Of a stretch of 64,000 nucleotides of DNA, positions 10,745-22,200 are shown in pieces. Position 1 is the first letter of the stretch; each line of letters opens with the position of its first letter. Origin of the DNA: Oopsacas minuta (taxonomy: Eukaryota > Animalia > Porifera); the NCBI GenBank assembly GCA_024704765.1, contig JAKMXF010000003.1, forward strand, positions 1 through 64,000, read 5' to 3'. The notes beneath the pieces were generated by a model. That model saw nothing but the letters and a program-made list of their open reading frames with translations, was not told the origin of the DNA and searched no databases. The position numbers were made by a program, and so were the translations under genes.

Positions 10745-13700
10745 ATGGCGCTTAAACAGATGTTAAGATGTTTTCTGGTTATTTATTTATTTTTCACACC
10801 TTTTGTTTACTCTCAAACTGCCAACAATTGTCCTGACACCTCTCTTATTACGGATTCAATCCTTCAAAACCGAGTAGATCAAGTTATAAACGGCGCAGAA
10901 CCACAGCCAGGAACTGACATATTCCTAGAAAATAGTTATATTAACTGTTTATCACATGACACCTATCCGAATAATTATTCATATGTTGGTATCAGTGTAT
11001 TATATGAACAAGGAGGTGATGGAATGGATTTTAGTTATATACGGCTGGTGTACTCGTGTTCTGGAAGTAATTTCATATTTGAACCGAGTTTGAGTGACAC
11101 AATTGGAACTCCGATTACTGGAATAAATCCAGTTTTTTTGAATGACACATTTCAGAGAGATGACTGCTATTCTTGCAATGTAGCTGTCTCTAGCAACGAA
11201 TACATATGTGAGGAATGTGATATGTCTTGTCAAACACCTGATGGCAATCTTGGCTTTTGTCAAGGGCCATTTGCCTCAGATTGTTGTCGCTATACTTTCT
11301 CAGGTGTCTGTGTGTCGGTCTGTCCAGGTGGTTTCACCCCTGCCGTTAATAACACCTGTATTTGCAACACTTCATGTCAAAATAGTGGCACACTTAATGC
11401 CAGCTGTCTTTGTGAATGCCCTTTAGATTATTTCGGTGTTAATTGTGAGAACCAGTATCTACCTTGTGACAACAGCCCATGTGTGAATGGAATGTGTATT
11501 GATGGTGTAGGCGTTATGAGGTATACTTGTACCTGTCATGATGGCTATGAAGGTGTAAACTGTGATTTAAATATTGATGATTGTGACGGAGATCCTTGTT
11601 CCCCTGGTGTGTGCGGCGATTCAATAAATAGCTACACATGTAGTTGTCCAAGTGGGTACACAAACACGGGTCTAAATTGTACCAATATTAATGAATGCGA
11701 TAATAATCCTTGTCAAAACAACGGTGAATGTAACGATACTCTAGGGGGCTATTCTTGTACATGTCAAGACCCCTATGATGGTACAAATTGTACCGATTGT
11801 ACCCTTACCTGTCAAAACGAAGGTGTTGTGTTGTCCGATTGTACCTGCGATTGTTCTGGTATTCCTTATGAGGGGAAAACCTGTGGAAACGAGTCCGAAT
11901 TTTGCATACCAAACCCTTGTCTTAACAACGGCGAGTGTACGAATGGGGTAGATACTTTCTCTTGTGATTGTCCCACACCTTATACGGGTATTACATGTAG
12001 TGAATGTGGAATTAACACCTGTGGAAATGGAACTATAATTAATTGTGCTTGTGTTTGCTATTCGGGACATACTGGAGATTTCTGTCAGGAGGATATTATC
12101 GATTGTACTCCGAATCTTTGCCAGAATTCAGGCAAGTGTATTGAGGGAAATAATACATATACTTGTGATTGTTCTGGCACCGGATATGAAGGTGATAACT
12201 GTGAGGTGGATCCCTGTTCTCCTGACCCTTGTCTTAACAACGGTGTTTGTACTAACTCTAGTGGAGACTTTTCATGTGAATGTATCGGGGGTTTTACTGG
12301 AAAAACTTGTGCTCAGTGTCTGATTGCCTGTCAAAATGGAGGTGATGTAACTTCTGATTGTACATGTGATTGTTCGGACACCGGACATGGAGGCATGTAT
12401 TGTGAGATAGATCCCTGCTCTCCTGACCCTTGTCTTAACAACGGTGTTTGTACTAACTCTGGTGGGGACTTTTCATGTGAATGTATTGGGGGTTTTACTG
12501 GACCAACTTGTGCTCAGTGTCCGATTGTCTGTGAACATGGAGGTGATGTAATTTTTGATTGTACATGTGACTGTTCGGACACTGGATATGAAGGCACGAA
12601 GTGTAAGGAAGACATAAACGAATGCTTGATAACACCCTCGTTATGTCTGAACGGCGGTTTATGTCAAAACACCCAAGGGAGTTACTATTGTATCTGTGAA
12701 GGAGGGTATTCAGGGGAATATTGTGCACATTGCCCGATTGAATGTCTAAATGGAGGGGAAATGTTGTCCAATTGTACTTGTGACTGTACTAACACTGATT
12801 ATGTAGGATGGAATTGTGGAGTGCCGAAGAACAAATGTGTTTCTGAACCTTGCGTAAACGGAGAATGCAGTAGCACTGATGAAGATTATTCCTGTAATTG
12901 TACCAGGGGTTTTACAGGGAAAAATTGTTCTGAGTGTTTGGTTGTCTGTCAAAATGGAGGGGAAAGGTTATCCGATTGCACTTGTGACTGTTCTAACACC
13001 AGATATGAAGGCACGAAATGTCAAAACGACATAAACGAGTGCCCAACAACACCTTCGATATGTCTGAACGGGGGTGAGTGTCTAAACACCCAAGGGAGTT
13101 ACACTTGTATCTGTGCATCAGGATTCACCGGTAATAATTGTAGTAATGATATTGACGAGTGTGATTCTACCCCTTGTGACAATGGGAACTGTACCAATAC
13201 ACTAGGTTCCTTTTTTTGTGATTGCCATTTCGGGTTTGAAGGGCAATTTTGTGACAGTTCGTATATCAATTGTAGTGATTTTGAGTGTCAGAATGGAGGA
13301 GAATGTAAGCAGACGCAAACGGATATTTATTGCGTATGCGAGCCTGGTTTCACCGGTGATAATTGCGAGATTCTATCATGCACAGACGGTTTCGACTCAC
13401 TCAACGATAAATGTGTTAATATAAACGAGTGCAAGCGTTACCCCAAAGTGTGTGGTGTATTCCCAGCAGTGTGTACTGATAATATTCCTCTCTACACATG
13501 TGGTTGTCCGGATGGTTACAACACAATTGAGCTAACTTCTGCTCTTGACTATTGTGATAATACTAGCTGTATAGCTAAGCAATGCATAGATATTAATGAG
13601 TGTAGCGAAAATACACATGATTGCCATCAAACACAGGTTTGTGTGAATACTAATGGAAGTTATCATTGTTCGTGTTTATCAGGATTTCTACAGAGTGTAA

Positions 13701-15781
13701 ATATTTGCATTTTACAGATCGACGCGCCAGATTGTCCTGTGGACACGGATGGTCATGGGAATATTTGGCCTGGAGCGAATCAAGGGAGTATTGTGTCGTT
13801 AAAATGTCCGAATAGTGATTACGGGGTTGCGACACGACGCTGTGTGAGTGCTTGTAGTTGTAGCAGCGACCCTCCTTATTGGGAAATTCCTGAACACTCC
13901 CAGTGTAGGTCAGTGGGGTTGAGGTTGTTAGCAGCTGAACTAGAGGCAATTAACACCTTTCAATATTTGAATTTAACAGAATTCATGCTTGTTGTTAATA
14001 GAATACAAATATTCGCAACAAACAACCAGATCCGTGAACATGATGTGGTGGTGTTAACGGAAATATTGCAAGAAATATGCGACACACTTGGAAAGTTTAA
14101 TACAAGTTTCTTCGATTTGAGTGTGTTTATTGACATGTTAAAAATAGCTGATACTCTCCTAACAACGGAACCCAAGGCTTGGAATGAGCTCAGGAATGTG
14201 ACAGGCACCATTTTAAGCATACACGATATGATCCTGATAACCTCCCATGGAATAGCAAAGTATTTATACTCAATCGAGTCTATAAAAGAATTCAATTTTA
14301 ATTCAAACGCGATTGATTTGAGTCTAACGAAATATGAGAATTACACGAATAATGATTTTGTCCCTGATCCCAACTTGAGGCTTATTCTTCCAATTATAAC
14401 ACCTGATATATTGAATTTAACTCCACAAAGAACTCCAAACTGTCATATATTCGTCCGAACACTTCATCTACCTACCCTCCATCATATCCTGAATAATTTC
14501 ACGTCAACACCTCTAACTTGTGGCACAACAACAACTACCCGATCTCTTATTTATCCTATCGATTTGTTTACGTTCGGAATTCATAGTTTATCATGTGATA
14601 TACCAACACCAACATTCAGACAAACAAATCCCATAATATACAGAGTAAAAATGTCAATTTTACCTTACAAAACCGATGAGGCTTCTTATCACCTAAATTA
14701 CGTGTCAAGTTATTCACAGTATGTCTCACAATTGAATTCCTTTGCTCCATCTGGTTGTCGTGGCCCGTTTATAGAATTAGGTGACCTCCTATACTTCTGC
14801 TACTCTCTAAAAGATTATATTTTGACCCTTCAAATCCCGGGAAATATTCCGTATCACGCCTCAGCTCTTGGAATAATTCTCCGTGTCTTTTACCCGTTAT
14901 CAGTAATTGTATCTGTAATAGGATTAGCGATACTATTTTCAAAATACGTCATCCTGCTAGATGGAATGACATTCGTTCGTATAAATGTTATCGTAACAAT
15001 AATTATTTCACAGTTCCTGTTTACTATTGGTATTGACAGAAATGAGTCCCATATTGTTTGCACAATATTCAGATTTGTATTACACTATTTGTCGCTTTCG
15101 ACTTGCTTATGGTCCTTAATCGATATTATCAATGTTTGTTTGATTGCTGTGTTTGATTGGCCGCGTGTCGCGGTTAATTCTACATACCTAGTGGTCGGCT
15201 ACATAGTTCCGTTGGCTCCTGTTGTGCTTGCAGTCGTCCTGTCCTCGTGTACCTATTTCAGAGTGTCGAATTTTTGCTTTCCATCCACTGAAGAAAGTTC
15301 TGAAGGTATTTGGTATATTATCGCACCTCTGTTTGTGTTGATATTGTTGTATATTTGTTTGTTGATTGGTGTGATTGTTGTTCTCTGTTATAAACGCGAT
15401 AATATTCGCGTGGAGTTGGAGAATAACCGGCTATTGTTTGTTAGAATTATTGCCAGTAGTTTCACACTTCCAGTTGTCCTACTAATATGGTGGATTTCTA
15501 CTGTATATGCTTTTCCCACTGACAGTCCTAATCTAACATTCCAAATAATCTCCCTAGTGATTGGTAGTCTAATTGGAATGTTCCTGTCTTTCGTTTACCT
15601 TATAGCGAGCGCGGAGCAGATAATACCGATAGAAACAGGCCGTAATGAAGGAGATATGATAGACTTTACCCACGGAGCAATGGCAAGGGTATCATATAAT
15701 CCTATATTTCGCGATACAGATAGTCTGAATGATATTCACAGCTTGATTGACACCAGAGAGACTGTATTATCGTATAATTAA
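10745..15781 (+). CDS. Adhesion-type GPCR: signal peptide, >20 EGF/EGF-Ca modules, hormone-receptor motif, GAIN-like region, 7TM; intronless
   Basis: Repeated CxNGGxC and DINEC EGF motifs; HRM-like CP..WP....G..V.L.CP....G.A.R.C....W; secretin-family 7TM (C.....LHYL.LS...W) near the C-terminus. Confidence 0.88.
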   Translation: MALKQMLRCFLVIYLFFTPFVYSQTANNCPDTSLITDSILQNRVDQVINGAEPQPGTDIFLENSYINCLSHDTYPNNYSYVGISVLYEQGGDGMDFSYIRLVYSCSGSNFIFEPSLSDTIGTPITGINPVFLNDTFQRDDCYSCNVAVSSNEYICEECDMSCQTPDGNLGFCQGPFASDCCRYTFSGVCVSVCPGGFTPAVNNTCICNTSCQNSGTLNASCLCECPLDYFGVNCENQYLPCDNSPCVNGMCIDGVGVMRYTCTCHDGYEGVNCDLNIDDCDGDPCSPGVCGDSINSYTCSCPSGYTNTGLNCTNINECDNNPCQNNGECNDTLGGYSCTCQDPYDGTNCTDCTLTCQNEGVVLSDCTCDCSGIPYEGKTCGNESEFCIPNPCLNNGECTNGVDTFSCDCPTPYTGITCSECGINTCGNGTIINCACVCYSGHTGDFCQEDIIDCTPNLCQNSGKCIEGNNTYTCDCSGTGYEGDNCEVDPCSPDPCLNNGVCTNSSGDFSCECIGGFTGKTCAQCLIACQNGGDVTSDCTCDCSDTGHGGMYCEIDPCSPDPCLNNGVCTNSGGDFSCECIGGFTGPTCAQCPIVCEHGGDVIFDCTCDCSDTGYEGTKCKEDINECLITPSLCLNGGLCQNTQGSYYCICEGGYSGEYCAHCPIECLNGGEMLSNCTCDCTNTDYVGWNCGVPKNKCVSEPCVNGECSSTDEDYSCNCTRGFTGKNCSECLVVCQNGGERLSDCTCDCSNTRYEGTKCQNDINECPTTPSICLNGGECLNTQGSYTCICASGFTGNNCSNDIDECDSTPCDNGNCTNTLGSFFCDCHFGFEGQFCDSSYINCSDFECQNGGECKQTQTDIYCVCEPGFTGDNCEILSCTDGFDSLNDKCVNINECKRYPKVCGVFPAVCTDNIPLYTCGCPDGYNTIELTSALDYCDNTSCIAKQCIDINECSENTHDCHQTQVCVNTNGSYHCSCLSGFLQSVNICILQIDAPDCPVDTDGHGNIWPGANQGSIVSLKCPNSDYGVATRRCVSACSCSSDPPYWEIPEHSQCRSVGLRLLAAELEAINTFQYLNLTEFMLVVNRIQIFATNNQIREHDVVVLTEILQEICDTLGKFNTSFFDLSVFIDMLKIADTLLTTEPKAWNELRNVTGTILSIHDMILITSHGIAKYLYSIESIKEFNFNSNAIDLSLTKYENYTNNDFVPDPNLRLILPIITPDILNLTPQRTPNCHIFVRTLHLPTLHHILNNFTSTPLTCGTTTTTRSLIYPIDLFTFGIHSLSCDIPTPTFRQTNPIIYRVKMSILPYKTDEASYHLNYVSSYSQYVSQLNSFAPSGCRGPFIELGDLLYFCYSLKDYILTLQIPGNIPYHASALGIILRVFYPLSVIVSVIGLAILFSKYVILLDGMTFVRINVIVTIIISQFLFTIGIDRNESHIVCTIFRFVLHYLSLSTCLWSLIDIINVCLIAVFDWPRVAVNSTYLVVGYIVPLAPVVLAVVLSSCTYFRVSNFCFPSTEESSEGIWYIIAPLFVLILLYICLLIGVIVVLCYKRDNIRVELENNRLLFVRIIASSFTLPVVLLIWWISTVYAFPTDSPNLTFQIISLVIGSLIGMFLSFVYLIASAEQIIPIETGRNEGDMIDFTHGAMARVSYNPIFRDTDSLNDIHSLIDTRETVLSYN
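12209..12610 (+). repeat. 201-bp internal tandem duplication (EGF plus short Cys module) in the adhesion GPCR
   Basis: gatccctg(t/c)tctcctgacccttgtcttaacaacggtgtttgtactaactct begins at both 12209 and 12410, with high identity over about 170 nt. Confidence 0.9.
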
Positions 15782-16230
15782 CTGTATCTGAATATGCTCC
15801 TACCCCCCTACCCCCTTGAATTCTATAAAGATTTTATCCTTTTTACCTTTTCTAATTATTTATTCTAATTACATATAAATATTTATCGATTTTGGAAAAT
15901 ACAACACATTCCATCTACTAGGAAAAGAAACTAGCGGATGGAATGTGTTATATTTTCGCGGATGTTTTTTGACACCTTTTGGGGGATATTTTTACACTTA
16001 AAGTTGCCAAAATAAGCTGGATTTACAGCCAAAAACGTGACAGTTTGAAAAGATATTATCTATCAGCCCTCAGATCTCAAATATTAAGTTTCTATGAAAA
16101 TATATTATAAGAATTTATGTAAATTTTTCGATCCAATTTCTCAATATTTACAATTAATATTGACACATTTGACAGTCCGTTGGTGTTCGTATAAACGAAG
16201 TTACGCTGTGTATTATACTCTAATCAGCGG

Positions 16231-19200
16231 ATGAGTGACCAAAAGAGAAATTCAGCGATCTGCTTATCAGGGCTAGAAGACGCAATAGATATTCTCTTAC
16301 AACAGAATCTTCATAGGAATATTCACACCACCTGTTGTATTATTAGCCTCCTACAGGAATACATTACATATCTACTACCAATCATTGATGTTGATATAAC
16401 CGATCAAGATAGAATTACCCCAGATACCAATACGGCCATTAGGATTGTATTAGAATTAGATAGAGGAGAACATTCCGGAGTGTTGCTAGGTTACATGGAA
16501 GCGGAAGTAGAGAATAGAGTGTTTATTGAGCAAATAGCGATTGGTAGTAAAGCTGAAGAGTTTGAAGAAATTGAAATTGATCATATCATTTTAGGTATAT
16601 ACGAATATTCATACTAACCATCTACGTTACTTCCCGCCATGATACACCCGAAAATATACAGAAATATAGCAAAATATCAGAATCCCCGGGATATTTGGGT
16701 ATCGCTTATAAGAACATGCCGGATATAATTACCATCCACTGACAACCTTTCTCATATATTCCTGTCTATTATACCCGGTATAAGGACATGTATTGTTACT
16801 CACAAGGGTGTTCTTATAACCGGCATTTCCTGTATTCTATAGAGATAAACTCCCATCCTTTGAGTCGCTGCTCGCTAGAGAGAGCACAGGTCTGGCTTGA
16901 GAGCGCTGAGAGAGGAGGGAAACTAGAAATGTTGTTATCTCGTAGTATAAGTATAGAGAGAGAGATTGCAAGGGGCCGTGTATACAGAGCTATTGATAAG
17001 TTATCTTTGAGATTATCTGAAGCAGCTGTGAGACGAGCTAGTGGTTAGTCCACTAATATTAATACAAATGAACTTCCATAAACGAGGAATTCGATAGGAA
17101 AAGCATATTTCGGAATATGTGACCAACTCAGAATATTCCAATTTTGCTATAATTAAGTGTATCATATTAGGTGTGAACGACCTAGAGGCATTGTCCCGTG
17201 TAGTCAGAACTCTAGCTATACAAAGACATGACCCCTCAGATGCTAATAGAAATGTATTAGATAGGGAAAATACGCTACACATCATGAAGGGGAGAGATGA
17301 TATAGGAATTATCCTGTCAAATAATGGAGGTAAGAGATGGAGACAACTGTGTTAAGACAACAAACAACTTGTTGTTATTTACAATTATCCACAGGTAATG
17401 ATCATGTTTATAAGATAGAATCTATCGCAGAACGGTCAGCAGCTAACAGAGATGGGAGATTACAGACAGGAGATGTTATTCTTAAAGTAAATGGGGTAAC
17501 ACTTGCTGGACTAACAAATCATGACGTTATGGAACTATTAAATGTGAATAGATCCTATATCCAGATAGTGTTAGATAATAAACTTGTGGCTGATAGTAGT
17601 AATGATGTTTCAAATACGAACTCTGTGATTATAGTAGAAGAGAATATTGAAAAGAGATCGATTGAGAATGAAAACAGTGAGTATTGTATGCCACAATTGA
17701 TTGTGACTCAACCACTTTGCATTGCCACATCTCGAAAACTATAAATCTGATTTGTATACTCAAAATTGCAAAATTGTTGTTCAGAGTTCCATCTTCCCCA
17801 AAAGATTTTTTCTTGGGACAATTTGACTTCGAATTTATAGCTAATGCCTTTAGGTGTCAAACAACATGATACCATTTCACCACACAAACCTCCTATACCT
17901 GATACCAACTGGTCTGGTGATCATTTAATTAGAGAGAGTTCCCTTGAGTACCCTACATGGTCCAGATTGTCCCAGCGGTCTTACTCTAGTGAGAACTCAT
18001 TTATTGGAACCAGAAATTCACCAATGAGATCTTCTTTCCAAGTACTTAATTGATAATTGTGTTTGTTTGTTTGTTTGTTTGTTTATTATATTCATATACA
18101 CTAGGTCAGACACGTAGCACTATCTCGTAGCGAAAGCAAGCCCTTAGGATTCACTATAGCAGGAGGTAAAGGTTCAAGGAAAGGAGATATAGGAATATTT
18201 GTAGGTCATATCCATGACAACGGTGCTGCCTCACAGGAAGGCACTATGAAGGTTTGGAATTGGAATTAATTACTATAATTAAAATAATTGGTTCCAATTT
18301 AGATAGGAGATGAGATATTGGAGGTAAATGGAATGTCTTTAGAAGGAATGTCACAGAGAAAAGCCCTACAAACATTCAAGAAACTCAAGCAAGGATTAGT
18401 TACAATTAAACTGAAATCAAGATCATTACAACCGGAACTATCAGCTAATTTTGTGCTACAAAATGTTATATTGAATAAAACAGCTGATGCGGGTTTGGGA
18501 CTTGAATTAATCGTCCTTATTGATGCTCGAGGAGGATACCTTGATGGTATTTATGTACAGGTAACAAGTTTCACATATATTACGTCACTGTTTGTTGGGA
18601 AATTGTTTCAGCTCCCCTGCCAGGAGCGAGGTTACCTGTCGCAGTGATTTAATCTTCACAGACCTCTTTTAACGCGCTTAATTAACATATTTAGAAGTAG
18701 AGTTATTGAATTTTCCATGAATTGGACACTTTGTATTTTGATAAAGTCATAACATAATGAGAAACCACAGATAGACATCATGTGTAGCTGAAACAAGTTC
18801 CTCATTAACAGGCCCTTTTCTGTGTTTATTAGTTGTTATTAATAGAATGTAAGAGAAGGTTCAGTAGCCTTCCAAGACGGATCTCTAAAGAGAGGTGATC
18901 AGTTATTAACTATCAACGGAGACCCTTTAATGAGTACAAACCTCCGACGGGCTCATGCTATTATCGGCACATTAACACCTGGAGAGGTAGATATAGGTAT
19001 ACGGAGGTACTCTCCTGTAGAACCATTAGAGAGACTTCTCACACTAACTAAGAGGCAGAATAGATTGCAGCCAATACCGAGTCAACAGAGCATGAGGTAA
19101 ACACCCATACACTCAACTCCAGTTATATCTAAGCTCAAGGGACCGTGATAATTTTCTCCCTAATGTAATTAATAGACTCGAGCCCAGATCACCAAGTTAC

Positions 19201-22200
19201 CAAGCTGATGCTAGCTCAATATTTCTACAAGAAATTACTCAATTAAGCTCAGATGCTAGTGACAATGATGACGCAATGGAATCTGATTTAACTAAACTTA
19301 TAGCTGGTATAGAGAGGGCGAATTCTTTCACTAGAGGGGCACATGGCTCTGAAACAGCTCTCCGGATGAGTAGAGAGGAACTAGAGGGTACAAATATAGA
19401 TGCATTGTTCTCTCCAATTGATACCCACCCGATAAAAGAGGAACAATTGGTATGCAGGTTACTATTTCTTGGATTCTTATTAAAAAAAAAGCACACTCAA
19501 TGAACTACAGTCAACTTCCATTATATCTAAGCTCAAGGGACCCCGATAATTCATTCGATATAACGCGAGTTGACTGTATTATCATATAATCTAATTATAG
19601 GCAGGATCAGACTCCGAGGAGACTATGAGTGACGTATTTACAGAACCTCTAATCTTGTCTAAACCTAAACTATTACATGAGAACAGTAGTAAGAGAGATC
19701 TAGAAAGGTTAGAGATAGCTAGAAATGGTTATAGCAGTGATATTGTAACAGAGATTGTTACACTACATAGAAGTATGGGACAAACTTTAGGTAAGAATTG
19801 TATAGACCCCCTTGTTGATCCACTGTATCTCATATTTCATGAATATCTGTGTGTGTGTGTGTGTATAGGAATGAACGTTATTGCATCTAGTACACCACAA
19901 CTAGGCGTACTAGTCACAAGTATCCTCAAAGACGGACCTGCAGCTAAGCAAGCGCGTATCAGAGTTGGAGATGAACTGTTAGAAATAAACAACACCTCAC
20001 TAATTGGATTAACTCAATCTAAAGTGTTGAGTTTGTTATCTTCTCTAACAGGGGAAATGAATTTTAAAGTAATCCGTACTCCAGACAAGATTGATATAGC
20101 AAAGGATGATGTTAGAGAGGAAATAGGGAGCAGTGAGACTAGGAAATTGGACCAGGTGAGAAATGTGCCTATTTCATGGTTACTACAGCCAATCCCGTCA
20201 TATCGAAGTGTAAAATTGTACAAATATGGTCCCAAACCGTCAAACTAACATATTCCATCAGTTATACCGAAGTAATTATCGTTGGTCCTTTGAGCTTCGA
20301 TATAACAGGAGTTAACTGTATGGATTATGCTCAGCTGTCGATAGACTTCATGTGAGTAGCGGAGAAGGATTTAATTGGGGGTATACAAGTAGATTTTTGC
20401 ATTTTCGGACATCGGAGGTACTCATTGTTTCGGTGCATATTATCTGACTATAATTATTTTATCAGGTTACAAGTTCCTTTCCAGGATATGACATGCTAGA
20501 ACTTACATTCTCAAGACACACTTCAGAGACCTTAGGCATAACCTTATCTCCCAGTAAGGGACAAACAGAGGGGTATCTACAAATTAGAAGGGTCTTAGTA
20601 GAAGGACTAGCTCACAGAGACGGTAGACTTAAGAAATTTGACAGACTCTACGCGTTGGATAGTGCTCCTTTGTATAAACGTCCAAGTGTTGAGGTTATGA
20701 GGATGTTGAGACAAACAGACAATGTATTCACTTTGATAATACTGAGGGAAGTTATTAGACGTCTGGCGAATAGTGAGACCTCTCTCACTGCCAGTTCTAT
20801 ATCTGTTGCATCTCAAGGTGTGTATATATGTATGTATTATAGTAATATACATACACCAATACTGTATCCATTAGGTTTGAAGAAAGGTATGCTATTAAAG
20901 ACACACAAATACGCTGGGTCCTTTGAAGATTCTTTGAAAGACATCCGATCTAACGATCCTATAACTTCAGTGCATGTAGCTACAAAGCTTGTTACTGATA
21001 TTAAACCTAGCATGGATGGTATATCTGGGTATAATTCAGAATTTACCAATATTACTCCTGCTAGCAGTGAGGACTATATCGATAATAGAGGAGACAGACA
21101 GGTTGTTAGTAGTCCTGTAGATGATTAATTAGTGGATCAGGGGCCAATTGGGTCACTTGGCCAGAACTGAAGTGTTAAATGCCCACTGGTAATCCTGTCA
21201 ACTCCCATTATATCTAACACGGATATATAGAAATACCCGCTATACCGAAGTGTGAAATTGTACAAAGATGGTCCCAAACTGTCAAAGTAACATATAATCC
21301 ATCGGTTATATCGGAGTAATTATCACGGTCCCTTGAGCTTAGATATAACAGGAGTTAACTGTAGGCCCCTTTTGTCATACGCATAACGAGATTTCTCACT
21401 CCTATTCATACTTAATGAGTCTCCTATAGGATCAGGAAGAAGTGATATCAACAAATCAACAATCAGTCTCAGACAACAAACTGAAAGGGTTTAACCCGAA
21501 AAGAGTTCTATTTCGGAAAAGACATTTAGTTAAAACTTCAAATCTGACCGAGAGTATTGACGCGCCGCCCCACGACGCCCGAGTGGCTGAGGAGAGGAGA
21601 ACCTCATTCGTACAGCAGACTTCTTCCATGTCTGTAACCGGTGAACTCCCACGACAGCTGGTATTCACAGGATCACACTTAGAAAAACAATCAGAAAATC
21701 GTGAAATTATTCAAACGAAAAATATTAAAAAGATAAAATTCAGGAAAATGTTTAAGATTATAGAAATAAAACTCTCCGAAGTGAAGGACGGTCAGGTATC
21801 TGTCAGTTTCGTGGCGACGAGTAGCCCCTTAAGGAGGACAACGCCCCCTTTAGAAATAGGGGATGTTCTTATAAATATAAACGGCACGCCGGTCACTTCG
21901 AAAAAACAGGCAGAAAAATTGTTATATTCTCTAGAAAAGGGAGAACATACTCTGGAAGTTATCTCAGAAAGTTCGAAAGAAATTCCTCAAATTGTTTTGA
22001 AAGAGGAACATCAAGAAAATACAGAGGTAAACAAAAACAATCTACAAACACAAGAGAATGAACCTTCTAACAATCAATATGAGTTGGAACTTATTGCGAA
22101 GAATAAACAAGAACTATTCGGTTTAGAATTTGGAGATGATAACCAAGCGAAAAGAATTTGTATCACCTCGATAAGCCCCCTGTTCCCTGGGGCAGATTCT

